Origin: Caecitellus pseudoparvulus
Taxonomy: Eukaryota; Protista; Bigyra: Bicosoecida
Length of the DNA: 64,000 nucleotides
Assembly: GCA_965644315.1 (NCBI GenBank)
Contig: CBFFRQ010000065.1
Span: 62,001-126,000 of the forward strand
Reading direction: 5' to 3'
Shown: piece after piece, positions 30,001 through 42,558 of the stretch
How positions within the stretch are numbered: position 1 is the stretch's first letter
Layout: every line of letters starts with the position of its first letter
Position numbers and translations under genes: made by a program
The notes under the pieces: generated by a model
The model's input: the letters and a program-made list of their open reading frames with translations, nothing else
What the model was told of the DNA's origin: nothing
Databases searched by the model: none

Positions 30001-33000
30001 GGCAGCTTTTGGCGACGAAGACTCCGACGTCTTCGAAGCGGGCTTGCGCTTGTTGCGCCACGCACTGGTGACCATGACTAGTATCGCGGTGCGGGGGGGA
30101 GATGTCGCTCGCAGCCTGCCACTGGAGGAGTGGCGCACCGGGTTCCTCTGGCTGAGATGGGGCGAGCTGGAGTGGGCCACGCACTCTTGCCACGTGGAGT
30201 GGTTCTGCCCTTCTGACGAGTGCCGATCCGCGAGCCTTGCGCTGCTGACCGCCACACTCTTGCCGGCCCTGCACTACGTACGGGAGGCGCTGCCCGAGCC
30301 CGCCCAAAGTGCGCTGCAGTCAGCGCCCCTCCACGTGACTGGTGCGCTGGACCAAGCAGCTGGCACTGCCTCTGCAAGCGACCTGGCGGCGGTACTCAGT
30401 GAAGGCGCTTCCAAGTTAGTGCAGGGACCTGCAGCGAAGAGCGAGAGCATTCGCAGAGCCGTGCAAGTGTGCGTGGCTGGCTTCCGGGGTGCCCTGCCGT
30501 GGATGACTGATGGCACGACCAAGGAAGGCGACGACGGCGTTGTCGCGCACGGCTCTGGACACACGGGTGATCACCCTGTGCCAGGATTGCGCCAAGCCAT
30601 CGCGTGGGTGGCGCATGGCCTGCTTGGCGCGTGCCTTGGCGGTAGCACCTTCGCTGGTACGTCGAACAGTGCCCGGGATGCAGCCTTGATCACAGCTGTG
30701 CAAGAGCTAGTGCAGCGTGTGGTCTCACAGCGGGGCGTGCGGAAGGGCAAGTGTCATTCTTGGGGCTTCATGCTCCAGAGCTCCATCGCAAAGGACGCGT
30801 TGCCGTGCTTGCAGAGTGCGCGGCGAGCACAACAACAGCTCCTGCTGTGGCACAGCAATGGCGGGCAGGAGCCAACCTTGTGTTCGTCCGTGCCAGAAAG
30901 CCACACCCGCTTGTGGCGCGGCTGTTTGTCCCGACAGATGGCGTGCAGCCGAGCGCAGGTGCAACACGGGAACCGCACGGGGGTGGCCATTCAAGCAGTG
31001 CTGGCTGCGCTGCACTGCGGCGCGCTTCTGCCCAGCGAGACCAGCGCACGCCCCCTACAGCTGCAGCTGGACGACCAAGACTCCGAAGCTGATCCAAGCG
31101 CTGCAGTGCCCCACCTGCCCCTGCCCCTGTCGGCTGGGGGTTTGTGTGATCCGCAGCAGGTCCTCAGCTCCCTGGGTGGCCTGACAGTGCTGCCTGCAGG
31201 CGTGCAGGACTCCACTCCATCGCGGGGGAAGGCTGTTGCCAGCGGGGAAGCTGTGTATGCGAGTATCGCACTGCTCCTGTTGTACGCGGGCTCACATGCG
31301 TATGAGAGCGTCGTCGTCGGCGCGACACAGTCAAGCTTCCCTGTCATGTCCACTATGCCCTGGATGCGCGGGGGTGTCAGCGCCTTGGCGGAAGCGCTCG
31401 CAAACAGCTCCATCAGCGCGCTAATGGAGCTGCCAGAGGCACCTGGAAAGGCTGCCTTAAGCGACGAAGGTGACTCCGAAGTGGAAAGCCGGCGGCGCTT
31501 GTTGTGGCTGCACTTCCGAGCAGCGTTCCTGCCCAACGCCCTACCCCGGACACTCGCCTCCAAGGCTGCGTGGAGTGGAGCAGCACGGTTCCACCTCGCC
31601 CAGCTCCTGTTGTCCACAGAGTCAGCCATCCAACGCCTGCCAAGCGACACGTTCTCCGAGGCGCTAGGCCTTGTCACCATGACCTTTAGACAGACTCTCA
31701 TGGACTGGGCAGCGTCCGCCGCGCCGAAGCCAGACAAGCACCTGGTCAAGCTCAGCGACTTGCTGCTGGCCAAGCTAGCTGTCCCAGAACCTGGCGTGTC
31801 GCACGACTTGGCAGGGGAGAAGGTGCCCAGTGCTGCCCCGGTGGGGGAGGACCAAGCAGTGCACTGGCGCTTCCGCCTCCTTGCATCATCGTTGTTGGCC
31901 ATGACTTGGACGCCGGCGGCGTCCCTCCCCGCTGAGCTCGCAGCCAGCGGGCCTGGCACAGTGGCCAACTTGGTGTCGGAAGGGGAGGGCTTCGTGCTGC
32001 CACCCAGCGTCGCCGCTTCCGGGCCTGCGCGCACAGCTGTCTCACTGCAAGATTGGTGCCCACCCGACGCAGTGTGGTGCTGGTGGGCCGCGGCATGTCT
32101 GTCAGACAGCGTCCCCCTCCGCACGCTGGCACAACGCGTGCTGGGCAACCTGCTACATGCTCTGGTGCGAGGCGCACCTCCTGGGGAGGGCACGCGGGCA
32201 GGAGCCGTGGAGGCTGCTGTCTCTCCAGGGGACCTGCAGGCAGTTTTGGCAGCGCGCGCGCCCGAGTTCCTGCGATGTCTAGGCACCCCAGCATACCTTG
32301 AGCAGCTTCTCGCCGCCAAAGTGGACAACCGTGGCGAGACACAGGGCCGAGCTTCTGCAGGGCCAGCAAATGCCATGGCCGGCTCTCAGTGGAGTGCGGG
32401 CGTGGAGGAGATGGGCTCCACGGTGGACCCTGCACACGCACAGGTGGGAGGGAACCTCATGTGTCACGGGGGATTCCAGGCTGCCCACGCCCACTTTTGG
32501 TCTGCGGTGTACCGGGTTCTGGGCAGCGCCGCCCTGGACGCCCTGCAGCCGGCCTTGACTGCGTTGACCTCGACTGCTGCAGACCACCCCGATGCTTCCA
32601 AGCGGGCTGCGGCGGCAGTGGAGGTGTGGGCGGGTGTGTCGGCTGCCTGTGTTGATGCTGAGGGTGGCCCCAACACTATCTTGGGTTCAGGCGCCAGTGA
32701 CTCGTTGGAGTTTCTCTTTGGCGACGTGGCCAGTGGTGAAGCCGGGGCATGGACTGAAGCACCCTTCACCAGCGCCAAGGCAGTGCAGGCGGTAACTGGG
32801 CAGGTCCAGTCCTGTGAATCAGCCCAGGCCGCTGCACTTTGTGCCATTGCTCCTCTCCTTGACAGCGCCGGTTTGGAACGCCTGCCCATGTTGCAGAGTG
32901 GCGTGTCCTTCATTGCCCACAGCGCAAGCCCTGCCCAGTGCGCCCCCATCCTGGCGCTGCTGGTGTCCAAGGTTGTGCAGTGTTTCGTTGGCACAGGAGA

Positions 33001-34426
33001 TGCCTCCGACCGCGGCAAAGCAGAGTCCTTTGGCGCCAGCAGCAAGTGGCTGTCCTTGCTCACCATGGCATTGGAGGAGCACACGCACACGCTGTCTGTG
33101 GGAGCCATGCTCCTGCCAGCCCAAGTGGCGCCAGGAGAGGCCGTGCCCATGATTGTGCGTGCTCCCCACCACTACCTGCCTGGCTCTCTCTCCGGCCTTG
33201 CCCGGCACTCCACGCCAGGCGCGTGCTTGCCCCTCTCAGCGTGGGCAGACAGTGCGGGCGCCGCTGGCGTGGGCGGGGCGCTGTCAGGCCGTGCGCAGGC
33301 ATTTTGGATCTGCCGCCGCTTGCTGGCCACACTTTGCGATGTCGTGGTGCACCCGTTTCAAGCGACACGCACGGCGCTGGCTGGCACCTTTGGCATCCTC
33401 CTCGCAGCCGCTTGTGCCCCCAGTGACGCTGGCGCAGCCGCCGGCGACCCTGGGTTGGGCTGGGGCCATCTGCCACTCAGTGTGGGCTGGCAGGGCTGGG
33501 GCCCGGCAGTGCTGTCTCGCGTTCTCGCGGTGTTGTCCACGGCCGCTGATGGCGGCGAAGAAGCGTGTGAACGCGCCATGGAGTTCTGCGCGCACCTGCT
33601 GCGGCAAGCCTTCACATTCTCCTCTGCGTCCAACCCGCCCGTCGTGCTGCCCTTCCTGCCTCTTCTCCTCCGCAAGCAGCAGTTTGGCTCTGAGGACGTT
33701 GGGACGACAGTGAAGCTGGCCACGCGATTCGTCGGCACGCACCTGGCACCGGTGGCGGCACACCCGTTGGGTGGGCACTGCCATACCCTACAGCCGACAG
33801 CCAGCACCCCGCTTGCGTACGTGACTTCTGTACTGGCTGCTGCCGCTCAGGATGAGTCGTGGCGCAGTCGCCGGGCTGCTGTGGAGCTGGCAAGTGCCTT
33901 GCGAGTGAGTTTGGGGCTGGCCCTACCCCAGGACGTGGACACTGCGCTGCAAGAGGTCATCTTGAAGCGCCTGGGGGACCGGCAGCACGAGGTGCAAGTG
34001 GCAGCAGGGGACGCTGCAGGAGTTTTGGCTTCCTCCTTGTCCACCGGCGACTCGCGAGCCCTGCTGCGGCGCATGGCGCCCCACGTCCTGGCGAAAGTGC
34101 CTCCCCGCCCCCCTGCTGCCGCCCCCCAAGCAGACAAGGCCAGGTTCGCCAAGGCTGTGCGGCGGCGCCTCGCTGGCGTCCTAGGCACCGCTGCGGTGGT
34201 GGTGTGCCATCCATACACGGTGCCGCCGTACGTACCGGATGCGCTGTCTTTGCTGGGGCGCTGCGCGACAGACGGCGCCCCCGTTGGCAAGGCTGTGCAG
34301 AAAGTGGTGACATCCTTCCGGGCCACTCACGCCGACGAGTGGGAGACTCTGCACCGATTTGCCTTCACCCCTGAGCAACTGGATGAAGTGCGTGACATGC
34401 TCGTCTCGCCACACTACTTTGCCTGA
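27027..34426 (+). CDS. PSME4: Proteasome activator PA200/Blm10; two 5' introns (about 27195-27266 and 27429-27556) then a roughly 6.9-kb exon
   Basis: LDVPWRPL, VETVLHPNN, HEAT-like body, C-terminal PYTVPPYVP...FRATHADEW...FTPEQL and a terminal YFA gate-opening motif. Confidence 0.88.
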
Positions 34427-34675
34427 GTCTCACGCGGGAGCACGCCGCCCACTCCAATGCATGTTGTGCGTGACAAACAGCTGCACAGCGTCCAACTTGC
34501 GCATGCAAGGAAGAAGCATGCCCCCCCCCGGACCATGAACGCAGACCGACAAAACGCAACGACATTTCCCTTGCTGCCGCCCTCCCTCAGCACTTCCTAC
34601 CGAGCCACTTGTGGAGCGGCGCCATCCACTGTGTCCTGGGCGGGGTGGGCAAGCATATTCCGCACGCACAGCAGC

Positions 34676-35545
34676 ATGCTCGCCAGGGCACTGCACCGCG
34701 GTGCTGCACGGGTGAGGAGGCATGCACCTGCAGTGTATGCACAAGTCCAGACTACTGCGCTGCGTTCTGGGCGATGTGTGCGCGCCTGCGCATCGAAAGC
34801 GGGCACAGGCTCCGGCAAGGCTGAGCCTGGGCATATTGCTCGCGCCCACTCCCGCATCGCGAGCGCTGGCTCCCAGGCCCAGGCATCCTTGACATGGCTG
34901 CAGGCTAACTTCCCGCAGATCACTGCGGTGGCGGGCGCTGGCATCGTGATCTACTCCATGTCCCGCCTGGCCTCCTGGACCATGGGCCTGAGCCTGACCG
35001 ACGCCGCCAGCCTCGGCTTCGGCGCGGGCTTCATGGCGGCAGGCTCCAGCGCCGCCATCATCTGGGCCATCTCCTCCGCCCTGCGCATTCGTCCTGATCG
35101 AGTCTTCCGCCATGCCCTGCGTAAGGTGCAGGCGCACGAGGCCACGCAAGCCATGCTGGGACTGCACATCTCTGCGGGAAACCTGCGTGCATACACCCTG
35201 CGGCAGGGTTACCTGTCCCTTTGCCCCACCACCTCCCGCCCTGTGTGGGTGGAGCCCCGTGTGCAGATGCTGTTCCAGGTGCAGGGCGACTTTGCCAAGG
35301 GCATGGTGACGGTGGAGGCCAAGAAGCACTTCCCCAACCGGCTGGAGTACGCGCTGGTGACGGTGGACCCGCTGGGGCCCAAGGGACACATGCAGCTGGT
35401 GGAGGGGGATGCCGAGCGCTTGCACGTGCGGGGGCAGTTGCGCGAGTTCCTGCAGTCTGAGCGGGTGGAGTACATTGACCAAACAGCCGTGGACGAGGAT
35501 GAGGCGGCGGATGTGCAGGGTCAGTGGGAGCCTGAGCGCCGGTGA
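34676..35545 (+). CDS. Mitochondrial inner-membrane TIM21-like protein
   Basis: Presequence-like N-terminus, two hydrophobic segments, and VFRHALRKV...MLFQVQG..AKGMVTVEAKK...YALVTVD. Confidence 0.55.
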   Translation: MLARALHRGAARVRRHAPAVYAQVQTTALRSGRCVRACASKAGTGSGKAEPGHIARAHSRIASAGSQAQASLTWLQANFPQITAVAGAGIVIYSMSRLASWTMGLSLTDAASLGFGAGFMAAGSSAAIIWAISSALRIRPDRVFRHALRKVQAHEATQAMLGLHISAGNLRAYTLRQGYLSLCPTTSRPVWVEPRVQMLFQVQGDFAKGMVTVEAKKHFPNRLEYALVTVDPLGPKGHMQLVEGDAERLHVRGQLREFLQSERVEYIDQTAVDEDEAADVQGQWEPERR

Positions 35546-35610
35546 TGGCTACCGCCGGCATGTGCAATGCACACATGCGCTTGTGTCTGGCACGCGAGGC
35601 GCGCACTCTG

Positions 35611-38206
35611 TCACGCCCACACCAACGACTGTGTGGGCTGTTTCCCCGGCAGCAAGCCGGCGCTGGGCACGGTGGGCGTGGAGCCGGAGGAGGAGGGCAG
35701 CGGCGTGCTGCAGCCAAGCACGATGCCTTGCGTCACCGCCAGAGGCAGCAAACATGCGAGGAGGAAGCGGGGGGGGAAGGCTGACGCCATGCGCGCCAGC
35801 GCCTTGGGGTCCGAAGCGCCAGGCGCCGCAGCACCCTGCGCCAGTGGCGTCCCTGCCGCCGTGTGTGCAAAGCGAGTGGCGACTGAATCCTGGGTGACAC
35901 AGCGGATTGCAGCGGCGGCGGTGCTGGCAGGCACGGGTGCAGTGGCCGTGTCAGGGTGCAGTGCTTGTGTGGGCAGGCCTTGTGCCGTGCGCAGGAGCAG
36001 CTGGCGCACAAGAGACGTCTGCTGCTGGCCGGGAAGGCTCAGCACATAAGCCTGGAGCTTGCTGACGCTGGCAAGAGTTGTGCAGACGTCTTCCCCTGTG
36101 CAGAGCATGGCCGTGGCGGAGGGCGTGCGGGTAGCCTTGGCAAGGGATGATGGCGTGAAGGCTGCCAGCTGTGTCGCCAGGGCCGCCGTGGTGGTGGCGT
36201 GGCCAGGCGGGGCGGGCTCGGCGGGGTGGCCGCTGCTGGCTGCCGAGGGCGTTGGGCGGCGCGACGGCACCACCACCGCCGCATTGAACTCATCCGTCCA
36301 GTCTCCGGCATCCGGCCCCACACGCAGGGACTCATCCAGTGCCGCCCACATGCCCCCGTCCAGCTCCGAGGCAGACCAAGAGGTCGTGCTGGGGGCTCGC
36401 CGTGTGGGCGTGCCGCCGTCCCGCCGGGAGGTCTGCACTTGCTGGTGTGCCACAGGGCCAGGGCCGGCAGTGAAAGGCATGCTGGTGTCGCCTGGGGCGC
36501 TGGGTGCGGAGCCGAAGGCCGCGTCGCAGCCTGGCGCACTGCCGGCGATGCTGCTGCTCTCTGCCAGCGAGCCAGCTGAAGCCAGTAGGCCTAGGCCAGT
36601 GACAGCGGCGACATCAGAGGTGGGCTGGCCCTGAGGCAGGCCGGGGGGCAGTGCGCCCAGGCCACCGCCGCCGCCCAGGGAGGCTGAATCCACAGAGGGT
36701 GCTCGGGCGATGAGGACGTCTGAGTCAAAGGGAGTGGGTGCCGCCGCGGGGGGAGACCATGGAGGAGGGGCCGTGGACGTGCCGACAGGGGCTTGTCGGG
36801 CAGCCATGGCTGTGTCCATGCTCAGTCCATTCCGTGCGCGCTTCATGCCGCGGTCCATGGCCAGAGAGGTGGAGGGGGGCTCGCCAGTGAATGCAGAGGG
36901 CTGCATCGTGTGAGTGTGGCGCTGCGGAAAGGGCCTGGCGGGTGGCCCTGACGCAAAGAGGCCTGCCGTGGAGGGGGGAGGGGGGAGCGCCGGCAGGGGG
37001 GTCTGCGGCGCCGACGTCACGCTGCCCCGCAGGCTAGCGAGGGTCTGCCTGGTCTTGTACAGCTCAGCTGCTTGGTGGTCCATGGTGCGCCGTGCCAGGG
37101 CCAGCTCGTTGTCCTTCATTGCAAGCAGGCGGTCTTGCCGAGCCAGCTGTTCACGCAGAGTCATGATTTCAGTGCGGTAGCTGTCCAGCTCCAGGTGGGA
37201 GGGCGTGAAGTCAGCTGCCGTGCGGCGCCGAATGTTGCTGGTGTAGTACTCCAGGGACTTGCCTTGAATGAACCGGGGGTGGCTGAACTCCCACGCCTGC
37301 TGCATGTTGCGACTCTGCTCAAGGAAAGGCAAGCGGCGTGCGGTGAGGGGGGGGTGAGCTCGTTGCGCACGCGGGCGCCGCGTCGCGTGAAGCTCTGCTT
37401 CGAGGACCTCCCTAGCGCGGAGTGGGCAAAGAACGCACTTTGGTCAGTTTACGGAATCCCCAGAAGTTCTGTGGAGCATCGGGACCAGCGGAGGTGCTTG
37501 CATGTGCCTTGGGAAGTTGTGCGGGCGACGTTCTGGGACCCTCACGGCGCCGCGCGCACCCACCAGCGATCGGGTCCAAGAATTGGCTGCAGACGACTTC
37601 ATGTAGTTCTTGAGAATCTGCCGCATGGTGCATGGCAAGGGGTGCAGGGGTGCCCCAGCGCGGAAATAGACGAACACCGCAGAATTCCACGCCAAGCCAC
37701 CGCCGACGGCACGAGCGGCTGCAGCGGGAGCTCCAGTGAGCGAGGCCGGCACCGGCGGCTTAAGCGGGCGAACAGAGCCCTTACACCCCCGCTTCCGAAA
37801 GCATCTGTGCCGCGGCCCGCCCGCTGCCTCCAGCAACGCTGCTGAAGTGGGAGAAGACTGCATGAGGCGTGGTGGCACTCACCTGCTTTTCAAAGTCTGC
37901 TGGCGCCTCAACGATGAAGGTGTCGCCCCTGCTCCCCCAGTGGATCAAGTGGTTCGTGTCCTCTCGATTCACCATCTCCACCATTTTCCTGGGCGGGAAC
38001 AGGCACAGCGTGATCCGGGCACTGATGTGCTGGGTGTGCTGGACTGGCTTGGGCTGGCAGCCGGCCAAGTGTCGTGCTCGCGGGAGAGGCCAAAACCTGG
38101 CCATGCGCGGCGCGCCTGCGCCTTCTTGCACCTCCACTCACTCGACAAAGGTCATCTTGGGCCGCGAGGGGAAGTACCCCGCCTGCTCTCCACCTGCCTG
38201 CGCCAT
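35611..38206 (-). CDS. Heat-shock-factor-type transcription factor; DNA-binding domain split over five exons, including 54-nt and 30-nt exons
   Basis: Spliced FVEKMVEMVN..LIHWGSRGDTFIV..F..QILKNYMK..SWTRSLNFWGFRK..WEFSHPRFIQG..IRRR, followed by a heptad coiled coil and a disordered region. Confidence 0.85.
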
Positions 38207-38469
38207 GCTGCAGCGGAGCAAGGGCAGAGAACGGCCACAGCAGGCAGTGCTGCTGCGGGTGTGTGCGATTCAAACAGCGAGAGGCTGGCCACGAGGCCCA
38301 GCCTGGTCACTGCATTCCACTTTGTCTGGGGATCGCGTGCATTATGCGTCCCATGGGAGTGTTGGGGTAGAAAATTGTGGGACGCGGCGGGCCAATGGTG
38401 GGAGACGCAGCGCCCCCCCCCCCCAGAAGTAGCCCACCTGTGCTTCGCCGAGCACGGTAAAGCCAGGTT

Positions 38470-40721
38470 TCAACCTTCATACACACCAGACGAAACGGCA
38501 CCAGGCATGGACTGGGCGGGGGCATGCTGCACTTCCGATTCTTGGCTGGTGAGGACGCCCGTGTGCCCCCTCCACAGCGCGTGCGCGCCGCCCGACCGAC
38601 CTCGAGAAGGCAGGGAGGTGGTGGGCGCACTCACCATGCGCACTGCCTCGGCAGCGCGCAGCCTTGCGCTCGGTGTGTGGTAATCCTGCACCACCTCGTG
38701 CTGATCGTCTGGCTTGGCCTGCAGGAGGAAGCCCCCATACGTAGCGCTCATGGCGTCGTCGCTCAAGTGCCGGGACAGCTCGGCGGTGACCGGCGGCGCG
38801 GGAGACAGAGCGGCGCCACCCAGTGCAGCTGAGGTCGCCCAATCCTCTTGCACGTTCGGCCCCACAGGCACGACGCGCTGGGTATCGAGGCCGTGCCCTG
38901 ACCGCCCCCGCGGCAGAGGGTGGCTGGACTGGGGCAGACCTCGGGGAGGGGGTCCCCCGTCCCCCCCCTCCATGTGCAGGGTCACCGGCACCATGGTGGT
39001 GGCAGTGGAGGACGCCCGGATGGAGTGTGGGTACGGGTGGCTGCCTGCCCGAGGTCGGTGGGATGCCACCTCCGCCGTGGACCCAGAGGGTGTCAGGCCC
39101 AGCGCCATGTTCACGGCACGGGCAGGGGCCAGGTACTCTGACCTCACAGAGCTGCGCTGTGCGGCAGGCATGCGGGGTGGACCGCCCTTGCTGTCACGTT
39201 CGGAAGCCTTGCCCTGCCCCGGTGTGCCCTGGGAGGTGGCGCTGGTGCTGCTGGAGTGTGCCTCCTCCATGACAGAGTCCAGGAAGATGCGGCCGCCCAG
39301 GGCGTGCCGGCGCGGGTCTGGCCTGGAGCCCTCGAAGACGAGGGAGGACACCTCCCCACCGTCGCCTTCCTGAGAGGGGGACAGCTCCACCACTGCCATG
39401 ACGATGGAGTCGCCGCCCTGCGAGGCCTGGGAGGCCAGCTGTGGCAGCACGCCAGTGCGGGTGGCTGGCACGCCGCTTGACGTGGCCCGCACGATGCTGC
39501 CTTGGGAGTGCTCGGAAGAGAGCGGGCCTTGCCTGAGTGGCCCCTTCGCGGCTGTCTTCCCCTGCCTGCCCACGCTGTCATCCACCATGCCCTTGCTGTC
39601 CGAGCGAGTGCTTGGCGTGTACGTGTCAGCTCGTGTGTCCCAGCGCCTTCGCGCGACCCGCACGCCCCAAATGCACGCAAAGCAGAGAGCAGTCGCTGCT
39701 GCGCCTAAGAGCATCCAGCCCCAATTCGGCAAGGACAAGCCCACGTCCAAGTCTCGCGCCAGGCGGCGGCCTGTCGCAGCGGCGTCGTCTACCGTGAGCT
39801 TCCCACCGGCGAGGCTGGCGTCTGCGCCAGCCCGGGTGACTTGCGGCACAGGCTGCGTTGCAGACTGCATGTCAGATCCACTTGCTGCCTGCGCTGCACT
39901 TTGAGCTGCTGCCCTCTCCAGGCTCGGAGAGGATGAGAGAGGCGTTGCCCGAGCGGGCTGAGCGACGTGCGTGGTGTGCTGTGCTGCGTGTGCCGGCCCC
40001 AAGGGGGAGGAGAACGGCAATGCTCTGGGAGCATCTAAATCCCTTGTGCTGGGAGCAGCGGACTGATCAGCCTCTGCCGTCGGAAGGGCTCCTCTCAGCG
40101 CCGGCTTCAGCGAAGTGCCGAGTGCAGGCTGCCCGAGCATCGGAGCTTTGGCCGCAGTGCCGTGCACAGCCGCACCATGAACCCCACTGCGTGCACGAAT
40201 CCCGCCATGCACAGTGTTTTCGATCCGAGCTCGTTTCCCGTGCAGGTCCAGCGTGCGGGCGAGCCTGAAACGGAGCGCAACAACAGCGACGTGCATGGTG
40301 CAGCAGGGCAGGAAACGCCGCCGATGCGCAGGCACAAGCCGCTGGGTGACGCAAGTGGCCAGCGGCGCCTCTGCAATCCACACTGTCACAGTGGAAGGAG
40401 CACACCAGCGATGTCATGCTCCTGTGTGCCTCCTCACGCACCTTGTTCCGGGAGACACGCGCGCAAGACTGTCGTGTTGGGGAAGGCGTGCCCTCGCTCC
40501 GTCGCCGCCATCACCACGAGCTACAGAGTTCCCAGACGCCTGTCGAAGATAGGGGGGGCAGAGTGAGGTACACTGCCCGACAAACAAACTTTGGCACTGC
40601 TTGCAGGAGGCCACCCCAAGCAGGGTGCGCCTCTCTCACGCACTGTCCAGGAGTGAGACCTTCCTGTGCCGACGCTGGTGGCCAGCAGGGCTAGGCAGGC
40701 AAACACTGCAGCCACCCGCAT
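38470..40721 (-). CDS. Hypothetical type I single-pass membrane protein; three exons
   Basis: Signal-peptide exon MRVAAVFACLALLATSVG joined by two GTGCGT...AG introns in frame to the 639-aa ORF, which has one TM (WGWMLLGAAATALCFACIWGV) followed by RVARRR. Confidence 0.6.
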
Positions 40722-42558
40722 GGCGTGAGGCAGATAGAACGCTGGTCAACCCAGGGAATATCACACGGCAAAAGTGGAGGCTTGTGAGGATGGAGCCAGC
40801 CTGCAGGCGCGGTGCGGAGCCAAGTCCCACACCTGGACACGCCAGTTGACCAAGAGCCTCAACGAATGGGACTCGAGCAAAATGAACACTCTAGTATATC
40901 GCACCAGCTCCCAGAAAGCAGGCATGAGCACCCTGGACGTCGAGTCGTTCGTGGGGGATGATTTGGCTCACCACCAACTCTGCTGCACGTGCTTCTGCCG
41001 GAGCCTGTGCCAAGCGATGTAGCACCGGCCTCCCCAGCCCTGCCACGGGCCCAGCTCTGGGCAAATGTTGAGCCCCATCCCCAGATGGCATCACGGCCCG
41101 GAAAACTCGCTTCCGGGCGCCTCGCGTGCAGCGCTGTGCCACATCAGAGCCTGCCACAAGTTGGCGTTTCCCCGAGCCCTTGCAGCGGCCTCGCCACGCC
41201 TCGACCTTTTCGACAGGCTTTCCCCAAAGCGACCCAGACCACCCTCTTCACGGCGCACTGGGAGTGAAAGCACGAATCCTGCCTTTGCCTAACCCCCCCG
41301 CCGCCCCTGTCTCGCCAGGACAGGGCAGGGTTGAGACAAGCGTGTCGAGGTGTGGCGTTGGATGTGTGTGTTGGCTGGAAACCCCCCCCTGAGCAGCCGA
41401 GCACTTTCGGCCCCAGCACCCTCCGTCGCTGACAGCAGCGGGGTGACGGGCCCCCTACATCCTGGTAGCTTAGATACGTGAGCGCAACCGCGCGAATGCC
41501 GTTCTCCGCGAACCTGAGAAGATTGGACAGCCTGCTGCAACTCGAAGACTGTTTCGACCAGCGCTCCCCCGCAGCAGGTTTGGGGCCCACAGTGCGCCTG
41601 GAGCCACGCCTTGCTTCGCCGAGGCAGGTGGGGCCTCTTGTGTGCCTACTTGAGGTTGTGCATTGACCCCTCAGTCGATGACGTGAGCTTGGGCCGCTTT
41701 CCGCGGCTCCCTGAACGCTGAGCCCACCGGCGTTTCAGTTGTCTGGACAACCAGCAGTTGCCGCTACCTGCCAGCAGCACAAGGTTCAGAGCAGCGGGCA
41801 GCGTGCAACCCCCTGTCTTGGGAGGCTGCTCTTGAGCTACTTAGTGGTAGACCCTGCCCCCCCTCCCGTGAGCGCCCAGAGGCACGGCCCCTGGCATTCT
41901 TGCGCCGCCGAAGCTCGATTGAACGGCGGCGCCAGCGCCGTTGCAGTGTGACCAACCACGCCTCATGGCGCCAAAGCCACGTCGCACGCCCCACGGCCAA
42001 GCAGGGGCACGCTGTCTGCATGTTCCATAGCACACATACACACCTGGTGGACCGGAAGGTTTCGTCAGGCAGGCTGCGCAGAAGGCAGTCGTCAGCAGTC
42101 ATGCACACGCGGCAAGGTGTCGCAAGCCTGCCGCCGCTGCTCATGGCTCCCCTCCAAGGCGGCGGGATCCTGCCGGCAGGGGGCCTCGCAGCAAAGCTGG
42201 CGTTAGCCTGGGCAGACTAGAGTGCCACCCGTGCGCCTGGAAATGCAGGGGAAGCCCACAGCGTGCTTGGGAAAGCGCCAGGTGCTGACTCACAGGTGGC
42301 CGGCTGCAGTGATGCAGGTGGAGGGACACTCCGCGGTGGACCGCCCACACTTGCCGCCCGCGGCACAAAACACCCACACAACACATTTACAGCCCGCACA
42401 CATCATGCCGCACTTGCACTTGAGGCACCGAGCTGTGCTCCGCGCAGCAGGAGCGCACTGCTGGTGGCAGTGCCAGGCGTTTCACACCTGTCAGGTCGAC
42501 GCCAGGTTCCTGTGATTGCCAGGCAAGGGCGTGGTGCCGGCCAGTCGTACACGCCCAA

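Noticed and set aside
30991-32376. Long antisense ORFs (also 1892-2923, 20551-21741, 24932-26347, 43654-44751, 61466-63790)
   Set aside because: These are shadows of real genes; high GC and codon bias make stops scarce on the opposite strand, and they show no motifs.
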